A stretch of 64,000 nucleotides of DNA from an uncultured Christensenellaceae bacterium (GTDB lineage: Bacteria > Bacillota > Clostridia > Christensenellales > UBA3700). Both the position numbers and the translations under genes were made by a program. Positions 46,120 through 53,020 of the stretch are shown piece after piece (the first letter of the stretch is position 1; each line of letters starts with the position of its first letter). The notes under the pieces were generated by a model. It was not told the DNA's origin and did no database searches. It worked only from the letters and a program-made list of their open reading frames with translations. The stretch covers positions 85,189 through 149,188 of the forward strand of contig CALWKS010000004.1 of the NCBI GenBank assembly GCA_944381325.1, read 5' to 3'.

Positions 46120-47664
46120 ATGGAATTCAATCAACTTATCCGCTTAAAAAGAAAAGAACTGAACAAAACTCAACAGGATATCGCATCAGAATGCAATATC
46201 TCTTTTCAATCTGTAGGGAAATGGGAGCGAGGAGACAGTCTTCCGACTGCAGACAAACTGCCCGCTCTTTCGCGTGCGCTTAATGTAAGCGTGGGCTTGT
46301 TGATCACAGGCAAAGACGACGGGGCATCTCCGCTTTCATCTGACTTCGACACAAATAAATTTTGCACCTTTCTTGCATCTTTGCGCGCAAGATGCAAACT
46401 GACACAAAGCGAAGTTGCGAAACAGCTTTACGTCAATCAAAGCACAGTCGCAAAATGGGAAAACGGAAAACTACTCCCTGACCTGAATGCGCTCAAAGAT
46501 CTTTGCGTGCTTTACGCTGTCACGCCAACAGAACTCTTCTCTCTGAAAGCCGATATGTCCACTCACGTCGTTACGGGAACGGTAACAAACGCCAAAACGA
46601 CAAGAATATGGAGATCGCTCAAGCGATGGAAAACTGCAACCGCGTTGATAAGCTGTTTTCTTATCGCATTCATTGTACTCAGCACGGTGATGATCACTCA
46701 GAACACTTCTCTTCTTGATTACAAAAGCAAATACGAAGCGCAGGTGGCTGAAAATAAAGACGCTATGGCAAAATACAACGACCTTTTGTCCAGATACGAA
46801 GATATGTCGTCTGATTACGAAGATGTCGCGGCGAAATATGAAGACGTTGCATCCAAATACGAAGACGTAGCGTCAAAATACGAAGATCTGGTAAAAGAAA
46901 CAAACACTATTTATACGCTGACACTAATCGATGACTTTGCAGAAAACAAGACAACAACGAGCGACATCGCCAACAACGATTACTTCACTCTTTCCTCTCC
47001 CCTTAAGAGCGGCTACGTCTTCAAAGGCTGGAACACCGCTGCGGACGGATCAGGAGAATATCTGTACGGCAATATAAAAATCACATCTGACAAGACAATT
47101 TACGCGATCTGGCAACCGATCTGGCTTGACGAACGCGTTTACGGAGAAAGCGCTGCAAAAATATCTGATCTGTTCTTGAAGATAGAAGCTGAATTTGAAA
47201 AACTGTTCGGCTATTACGAATATTTCCGCACGCTTTTCTGCTCCCCTTACGATGAGTTTTCTTTATTCCAGCAATTCGATACCGCATCTTCGATATACAA
47301 GTGCTTTGACAAGACAACTCTTTATGAAGACGAAGAATTTAACGTAAGATATTATTCCCTGTATATCTGCGCTTATCTGAGCGAAGCCGCAGAAATAGCC
47401 GAGGGAATACCTGAATTGGCAGAACTTGCCGATACACTTATTCAAGCTCAGGCTGCCGCTCAGAAGCTTTCGCTTTACGCATATGCGTCTTACTATTACG
47501 ACGATACGCAGGAATGGGGAGACGAATACGTGTCCTACGTCTATAAAAATTATTTTGACGACTATGCCCCATTCATAAAGATTATCTGCGATTCAATGGG
47601 CTATACAGGGGTGAAAGAAAGCCCTTACGACGCGTTCGTAAAGGCTTATTCTGTCAACAGCTGA
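46120..47664 (+). CDS. dual XRE-HTH membrane-spanning regulator with heptad-repeat coiled coil and Listeria/Bacteroides-type (Flg_new-like) repeat
   Basis: 514 aa; two HTH_3-like modules (LTQQDIASECNIS...KWERG; LTQSEVAKQLYVN...KWENG); TM helix ALISCFLIAFIVLSTVMI; six heptads of the KYEDVAS type; GYVFKGWNTAADGSG...IYAIW. Confidence 0.8.
   Translation: MEFNQLIRLKRKELNKTQQDIASECNISFQSVGKWERGDSLPTADKLPALSRALNVSVGLLITGKDDGASPLSSDFDTNKFCTFLASLRARCKLTQSEVAKQLYVNQSTVAKWENGKLLPDLNALKDLCVLYAVTPTELFSLKADMSTHVVTGTVTNAKTTRIWRSLKRWKTATALISCFLIAFIVLSTVMITQNTSLLDYKSKYEAQVAENKDAMAKYNDLLSRYEDMSSDYEDVAAKYEDVASKYEDVASKYEDLVKETNTIYTLTLIDDFAENKTTTSDIANNDYFTLSSPLKSGYVFKGWNTAADGSGEYLYGNIKITSDKTIYAIWQPIWLDERVYGESAAKISDLFLKIEAEFEKLFGYYEYFRTLFCSPYDEFSLFQQFDTASSIYKCFDKTTLYEDEEFNVRYYSLYICAYLSEAAEIAEGIPELAELADTLIQAQAAAQKLSLYAYASYYYDDTQEWGDEYVSYVYKNYFDDYAPFIKIICDSMGYTGVKESPYDAFVKAYSVNS
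46771..46896 (+). repeat. six tandem 21-bp (heptad) repeats inside the CDS
   Basis: KYNDLLS/RYEDMSS/DYEDVAA/KYEDVAS/KYEDVAS/KYEDLVK; nucleotide copies are degenerate at synonymous sites. Confidence 0.8.
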
Positions 47665-47872
47665 TATCTTTAAGGACATAGCGTGCGGTCTTCTTTTCGT
47701 AGACCAGTTCTTTCGGAATGTTGTATTCGATCAGAAATATTTTTATTTCGGCTATAGCGCGGCAGAACGTCCGCTGAGATATCTCGTTGAAAGACATTGC
47801 TTTTTCTTTTTGAAAATAGCCTTGAGTACACAGTAGCCAGATAAGATACAGTGCGGTTATTGTTTTATTCAT
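47654..47872 (-). pseudogene. 72-aa winged-helix (HTH_11/YafY N-terminal-like) fragment, possibly a truncated regulator
   Basis: MNKTITALYLIWLL...FNEISQRTFCRAIAEIKIFLIEYNIP resembles only the N-terminal HTH of DeoR/WYL-type regulators; ORF ends inside the 3' end of the convergent gene (11-nt overlap). Confidence 0.4.
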
Positions 47873-48297
47873 TTTCTTCCTTTGAAGAATTGCGCAATCC
47901 GATTTTATTCCCGGTGATTTCATTGTAGCATCGCACTGTTAAACCCGATATACCCGATACGGAATAAACGCGGTTGTATTTATTCCTTATCGCGCAATCG
48001 TTGCGCAAAAACGCAAAGCTTTCCCCTGAGTACTTGTTTGCAATCAACAGAAACCGAGGTTCTCCGCGCGATAAAGTATATGAAAAATCAAAAAAGCAAG
48101 CCTGCCTCTTCCCCTGTAAACTGCTATTCGAATATAGCAAAATCACTCTGCCAACATCTGGCAATCTTTTATTTGACTTAAAATAATATAAGTTTTGTTA
48201 AAGTTTTACAGACCTGTTGTTAAGCATCTGAATACGATTCTAATTGTATGTATATCAGATGATCGTAATTAGATTATTTTAAATGAAAAGAAATAAC

Positions 48298-48327
48298 AAA
48301 ACGCAACCCTTTTACGGATTGCGTTTT
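48298..48327. terminator. terminator hairpin, copy A
   Basis: AAAACGCAACC-cttttac-GGATTGCGTTTT; identical to copy B. Confidence 0.6.
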
Positions 48328-48340
48328 GTTATGTGTTATC

Positions 48341-48470
48341 TGGTGACTTCTCGGGGGAATCGCCTTTCAGCGATTGCGGTTACGGTATCCGCGTAGCGGA
48401 CAATCGCGTGCAGCCGGTCGCGGATGTGAGCCTTGCGAGCATACGCACTGGGGTGAGAGTCCCTTCTTCC
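48341..48470 (-). ncRNA. unclassified GC-rich structured RNA candidate ending in a tRNA-like ...GATTCCCCCGAGAAGTCACCA 3' end
   Basis: no plausible ORF; bracketed by two identical terminators; 7-bp stem with GAAA tetraloop (48358..48375); mutually exclusive pairings GCGATTG/CAATCGC/GCGATT; 3' 20 nt homologous to the tRNA-Glu 3' end. Confidence 0.3.
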
Positions 48471-48482
48471 TTCTTACATAAC

Positions 48483-48512
48483 AAAACGCAACCCTTTTAC
48501 GGATTGCGTTTT
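48483..48512. terminator. terminator hairpin, copy B (downstream of tRNA-Glu)
   Basis: same hairpin as copy A, 13 nt after the tRNA CCA end. Confidence 0.65.
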
Positions 48513-48525
48513 GTTGTGTGTTATC

Positions 48526-48600
48526 TGGTGACTCTGTGGGGAATCGAACCCCAGTAGCAGCCGTGAGAGGGCTGAGTCTTAACCGCTGGACCACAGAGCC
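48526..48600 (-). tRNA. tRNA-Glu (anticodon CUC), CCA encoded
   Basis: hand-folded cloverleaf: acceptor GGCTCTG/CAGAGTC, 3-bp D stem, anticodon stem CAGCC/GGCTG with loop CTCTCAC, T arm TGGGG-TTCGATT-CCCCA, discriminator A plus CCA. Confidence 0.9.
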
Positions 48601-48608
48601 AAAGTATT

Positions 48609-48614
48609 ATTATA
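48609..48614 (-). promoter_or_regulatory. -10 TATAAT element 8 nt upstream of the tRNA 5' end
   Basis: read on minus strand; no convincing -35 at 17-nt spacing. Confidence 0.35.
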
Positions 48615-48712
48615 GTAGCATAAGAGTTTTATTTTGTCTATTATTTTTTTGCCAAATTGAAAATTTTTTAATGATTAACCTTTTTATTTCAATCGATACC
48701 GATAAAAACACG

Positions 48713-48728
48713 GGGGGCGATTGCCCCC
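48713..48728 (-). terminator. terminator after the 197-aa gene
   Basis: GGGGGC-gatt-GCCCCC; U-run on the minus strand (A-run 48703..48707 on plus). Confidence 0.6.
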
Positions 48729-48740
48729 GCGGCTTGATTG

Positions 48741-49334
48741 TCATTTTTTTTCTTTATCGTTCATAACGAAATGTATGAGCATGAGCGTTTCAATCATAAA
48801 TGTTTCTTTTACCGCTTCTTTCTCTTCGTCGGTAGAATCTTCGTCTATGTTCATAAACATAACGAAGAGCGCCGTAACGCCTTTCACTACTTTGTCAAGA
48901 GAATCTCCCACTGAGTTCTTATCGAATACCGCAAACTGGGTAACAAAATCCGACTGCATAGGGACAAGGTATTTTTTCACAGACTTAAGCATATTGCGCA
49001 CTTCTTCAGGATCAGCCTCGATAAGATCTTCCCAATGATAATCCGTCTTCAGCATCGAATTGACGAGGGAAAGGAAATCCGCATATTTTGTAATTTTATT
49101 TGTGATCAATATTTCCCTGGGATCGACCTTTCCGTCCACCCATGCAATTTCAAGCAACGAGTATTGCAACATGATTTCAAACATCCAGCAAAAATACTCT
49201 TTGCTGAAATCCTTTTTGAATGTCTGCATTTCTTTTTCAAAAACTCCGCCGAGAGATTCAACCTCGCTTACCGCCTCTGCATACATTTTCATAAAATCGT
49301 CGTCGTTCATAATATCCTCCGTATTCCGAGTCAT
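48741..49334 (-). CDS. acidic helical protein, hypothetical (weak TerB-like resemblance)
   Basis: 197 aa; LLEIAWVDGKVDPREI and NIDEDSTDEEKEAVKE segments recall the TerB-type fold; no firm motif. Confidence 0.4.
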   Translation of the reverse strand: MTRNTEDIMNDDDFMKMYAEAVSEVESLGGVFEKEMQTFKKDFSKEYFCWMFEIMLQYSLLEIAWVDGKVDPREILITNKITKYADFLSLVNSMLKTDYHWEDLIEADPEEVRNMLKSVKKYLVPMQSDFVTQFAVFDKNSVGDSLDKVVKGVTALFVMFMNIDEDSTDEEKEAVKETFMIETLMLIHFVMNDKEKK

Positions 49335-49523
49335 GTTTCATAACATAAGATTATTTTATCACACTAAAATTACTTTTGCAATAATAACCTTTAAAATTTT
49401 ATTGCGATTAATAAACTTAAATGTGAATTTTAAAAAACCGTTTATTCTCATGTTTTTCTGCTAAAAACAAAACCGTTGACCGCGCGCGCAATTTATTTTA
49501 CAATATAAATGAGAGGTGTGTTT

Positions 49524-50540
49524 ATGAGTAAAACTTTGAAAATAATTGCCACGTGCGTTGCACTGGTGTTTTTAGCCGCGGCAGTTACCGTGCCCGTTGT
49601 TCTTTTTTCTCTCGGTTACATAGATTATGCAGATCCCGACCCTTCAGATAAAGGAGGATATCTTCTTGTCTATTTCGGCGGCAACGAGCCTGAAAACGAA
49701 ACTATCCGCTTTGCTCTCAGCGAAGACGGCTACAACTTTTCTCCTCTCAACGGCAACAATCCCGTTATAAAACAGAATCTCGGCACAGGCTGCGCGCGCG
49801 ACCCGCATATCACGCGCGGCAGAGACGGCAAATTTTATATGGTTGCAACCGATATGAGAAGCGAACTGGGCTGGACAAGCAACCATTCAATAGTAACATG
49901 GTCTTCTACAGATCTTATACACTGGGAAAACGAAACCATAATCGACCTGAAGGACTACGTTGAAGGCACCAACCGCGCTTGGGCGCCTCAGGCAATATGG
50001 GACGCTGAAAAAGAAATGTATATGGTTTACTACTCTTCCAGCCAATGGCTGGACGAAGCGGCAGGAACTTCTACACAGACTTGCCTGTGGTACGCTTATA
50101 CAAAAGATTTCACAAGATTCGAAACTCAGCCGCAGATACTCTTCACCACTTCAAGCGGCGCAGACTGTATTGACGGCGATATAGTCAAAAAGGACGGTAA
50201 GTTCTATCTGTATTATAAAGATCAGGGACTTGACAATATCTGCTATGCCGTATCCGACACACTCAACGGCGGTTACGTAGCACCCGAAAACAATATTGTC
50301 AACGTGCGCTATCAGGGCATCGAAGGCAGTTTTGTTTACAAACTGATAGGCAGCGACACATACCTGATGCTTATGGACAGTTACAAGTTCGGCTGTTTCT
50401 ATCTGCAACAGACGACTGACCTTGTAAACTTCAAGCGCGTCAACCCTCAGGATTACAGTTTCGATTTCTCTCCGAGACACGGTGCCGTGCTGTCTGTAAC
50501 TGACAGCGAATTCAACGCTCTCAAAGAAGCTTTCAATTAA
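49524..50540 (+). CDS. membrane-anchored glycoside hydrolase family 43-like protein (paralogue 1)
   Basis: start at MSKTLKII (GAGGTG upstream); N-terminal TM anchor; five-bladed-propeller-type motifs ARDPHI, MVATDM, WAPQAIWD, IDGDIV, IEGSF. Confidence 0.65.
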   Translation: MSKTLKIIATCVALVFLAAAVTVPVVLFSLGYIDYADPDPSDKGGYLLVYFGGNEPENETIRFALSEDGYNFSPLNGNNPVIKQNLGTGCARDPHITRGRDGKFYMVATDMRSELGWTSNHSIVTWSSTDLIHWENETIIDLKDYVEGTNRAWAPQAIWDAEKEMYMVYYSSSQWLDEAAGTSTQTCLWYAYTKDFTRFETQPQILFTTSSGADCIDGDIVKKDGKFYLYYKDQGLDNICYAVSDTLNGGYVAPENNIVNVRYQGIEGSFVYKLIGSDTYLMLMDSYKFGCFYLQQTTDLVNFKRVNPQDYSFDFSPRHGAVLSVTDSEFNALKEAFN

Positions 50541-50577
50541 ATCGGCTTCTTCAATTTGTTTAATTATAAACACGGGC

Positions 50578-51615
50578 ATGAAAATTTATAGTAATATGAG
50601 CAAAACTGGAAAAGCAGTCATAGTTGCAACTGCGATCATAATAATAGTGCTTATAGCGGTGGCTTTGCCTTTGACGTTGTTCTTGACGGGCATAATCGAC
50701 TACGCGTCAAAAGCTGAAAGCAAAGAAGGTAAATACCTGATGGCGTACTTTACGGGCAATGCGCCTGAACAGGAAAGAATATGCTTTGCGGTAAGCGAAG
50801 ACGGTTATTCATTCACTCCGCTTAACGGCAATCATCCCGTGATCACTCAGACTCTCGGCACGAAAAGCGCACGCGACCCGTATCTTTTCAGAGCCGAAGA
50901 CGGCAGCTTTTATATCCTTGCTACAGACATGAGAAGCGAGGACGGCTGGTCTTCGAATCATCGCCTTATCGTATGGCACAGCGACAACCTCACCGACTGG
51001 ACCGAAACAGGACTTATAGACATGAAAGAATACGGTCTGCCCGACACTGTACGTGCATGGGCGCCGCAGGCAATATGGGACGAAAACGAGAACGCATATA
51101 TGCTCTATTGGGCAAATTGCGAAAACAGCGCAGACAAAGGCTGGAGCGGCACCGTAATGTGGTACGCATACACTACTGATTTCAAAACGCTGACGACTCA
51201 GCCTGAGATCCTCTTTGCTCCAAAAAGCGGAAAGGATGCAATAGACGCTGACATTATAGAAAAAGACGGCGTTTATTATATGTACTACAAAGACGAAAAC
51301 GAAAGCAAAATCTGCTATGCCACATCTGACAAGCCCTGCGGTCCTTATACCGAGCCGACAGATCCCGTCGTAAGCGTCTTTTATACAAACGTCGAAGGCA
51401 ATTTCATATACAACATAAACGGCACAGACAGCTATGTAATGATGCTTGACTGCTACAGCAAAGGCAAATTCGTAATGCAACAGACAGAGAATATGACTGA
51501 CTTCAAACGCGTCAATCCGTCTTACTACGATTTCAGCTTTTCACCAAGGCACGGCAGCGTACTGTGGATCACAGACGAAGAATACGACTTACTTTTAAGC
51601 AAATACGGCAGATAA
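50578..51615 (+). CDS. membrane-anchored glycoside hydrolase family 43-like protein (paralogue 2)
   Basis: 345 aa collinear with paralogue 1 (ARDPYL, LATDM, WAPQAIWD, IDADII, VEGNF). Confidence 0.65.
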   Translation: MKIYSNMSKTGKAVIVATAIIIIVLIAVALPLTLFLTGIIDYASKAESKEGKYLMAYFTGNAPEQERICFAVSEDGYSFTPLNGNHPVITQTLGTKSARDPYLFRAEDGSFYILATDMRSEDGWSSNHRLIVWHSDNLTDWTETGLIDMKEYGLPDTVRAWAPQAIWDENENAYMLYWANCENSADKGWSGTVMWYAYTTDFKTLTTQPEILFAPKSGKDAIDADIIEKDGVYYMYYKDENESKICYATSDKPCGPYTEPTDPVVSVFYTNVEGNFIYNINGTDSYVMMLDCYSKGKFVMQQTENMTDFKRVNPSYYDFSFSPRHGSVLWITDEEYDLLLSKYGR

Positions 51616-51624
51616 GAGGCTAAT

Positions 51625-52827
51625 ATGGAAATTTTCAAAGATTGCATCGTCGGAAAAATACCGATGAAAAACCGCATAATCAGAAGCGCAACACACGACG
51701 GCTTAACCGATCCCGCAACCGACGGAGCGTCTGAAGAACTCATACGCAAATACGTTTATCTCGCAAAAAACGATGTGGGGTGCATTATTCAGGGCTATGC
51801 CATAGTAAGCCCTGACGGAAAATCCAACTATCCGCGTTGCCTGGGATTTTACAACCCGAAAGCGGCTGAAAGCTATAAAAAACTCACCGCCGCAGTTCAC
51901 GACGCAGGCGGAGTAATAGTCGCGCAGATAGCACACTGCGGCAGGCAGACCTCAAGCAAAGCGATAGGCGTAAAGAAAATCGCGCCTACGGCAAAGCGAC
52001 ATCTGCTCTATCCCGACAAAGCGCGCGCAATGACGAAAGAAGACATACTGCGCGTTGAAAACGACTTTATAACGGCAATCGAGCACGCAAAAGAATACGG
52101 CTATGACGGCGTACAGCTGCACCTGGCGCACGGTTACCTTCTTCACGACTTTATATCAGAAAACGGAAACAAACGAAAGGACGAACACGGCGGCTCTCTT
52201 GAAAACCGCATGCGCATCGTAAAAGAAATTCTCAAAGGCGCGCGCGAAAAAGTCGGAGACTTTCCTATATGGGTCAAGCTGTCGGCGACTGACAAGCGCA
52301 GCAAAGGCATGCGCATACCTTATTCTGTAAAAGTTGCAAAGCTTCTCGAAGAATACGGCGTGGACGCTATCGAAGTATCTTGCGGAAGCGTACAGGACGG
52401 AATGAACACGATGCGCTCAAAACGCTTTCCTATGGACGCGATATTCGCTTACAGAGAGCCGCTTGCGAGCATGCCGCGCTTTATCAACAAAGTTTTTCTC
52501 GCGGCGGCGAAACTGTTCAATCCTCTTATCCCCCAACCGAAGCCATTAGAACTTTACAACGTGCCTGCCGCCATAGAGCTTAAAAAGGCAGTAAAAACCG
52601 ACCTGATAGTAGTGGGCGGAATAACGGATATAAAAGACATGCAAAATCTTATCAACGAAGGCATCGCCGCAGTTGCAATGTGCAGACCTTTTATCTGCGA
52701 GCCCAATTTCGCAAAAAAGCTCAAAGACGGAACTGCGACAAAAAGCCAGTGCATTATGTGCAACTGTTGCGGACTCGTAATTGAAAAAGAGCCTACGCGC
52801 TGTCTTATGGGAAAAGTAAAACGTTAA
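51625..52827 (+). CDS. Old Yellow Enzyme-family NADH:flavin oxidoreductase
   Basis: 400 aa; GYDGVQLHLAHGYLLHDFIS motif; C-terminal CIMCNCCG cluster. Confidence 0.8.
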   Translation: MEIFKDCIVGKIPMKNRIIRSATHDGLTDPATDGASEELIRKYVYLAKNDVGCIIQGYAIVSPDGKSNYPRCLGFYNPKAAESYKKLTAAVHDAGGVIVAQIAHCGRQTSSKAIGVKKIAPTAKRHLLYPDKARAMTKEDILRVENDFITAIEHAKEYGYDGVQLHLAHGYLLHDFISENGNKRKDEHGGSLENRMRIVKEILKGAREKVGDFPIWVKLSATDKRSKGMRIPYSVKVAKLLEEYGVDAIEVSCGSVQDGMNTMRSKRFPMDAIFAYREPLASMPRFINKVFLAAAKLFNPLIPQPKPLELYNVPAAIELKKAVKTDLIVVGGITDIKDMQNLINEGIAAVAMCRPFICEPNFAKKLKDGTATKSQCIMCNCCGLVIEKEPTRCLMGKVKR

Positions 52828-52929
52828 GGTGGCTAACCCGATCTGACTTTAGTAAAATATTTTATAACTATAAAAAGGATTTAATAGCAAATAGAACTTT
52901 GCGGTCTTAAGCTGAAAATCATTATCGAT

Positions 52930-52949
52930 ACGCGCCGATATCGGCGCGT
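52930..52949. terminator. palindromic terminator ACGCGCCGATATCGGCGCGT
   Basis: perfect 20-bp palindrome followed by TTTT; downstream of the OYE gene. Confidence 0.65.
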
Positions 52950-52966
52950 TTTCAATGTCATAAAAA

Positions 52967-52998
52967 AATACTTACCCGCAAAAATACGGATAAGTATT
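52967..52998 (-). terminator. terminator of the giant helicase gene
   Basis: minus strand AATACTTA..CCG-tatttttg-CGG..TAAGTATT followed by TTTTTTT, 22 nt after the stop. Confidence 0.65.
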
Positions 52999-53020
52999 CG
53001 ATTATTTTACTGTTTCTCCG

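Noticed and set aside
47865-48164. 99-aa minus-strand ORF overlapping the HTH fragment start by 8 nt, giving a toxin-antitoxin-like layout
   Set aside because: - Its only possible start is a TTG with no convincing SD.
- It has no internal Met.
- Its composition (Ser/Arg/Asn/Cys-rich) looks non-coding, and no toxin motif is recognised.

It is kept only as part of the decayed-region finding.
48341-48470. Tried to read the GC-rich insert as tRNA-Sec, a long-variable-arm tRNA, small SRP (4.5S) RNA or a tmRNA fragment
   Set aside because: - The 5' GGAAGAAG has no complementary 3' strand for an 8-bp acceptor stem.
- There is no T arm: no GGGGG to pair with CCCCC.
- There is no UCA anticodon loop.
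- There is no SRP domain IV GGAA/AGCA motif, and the region is too short for tmRNA.
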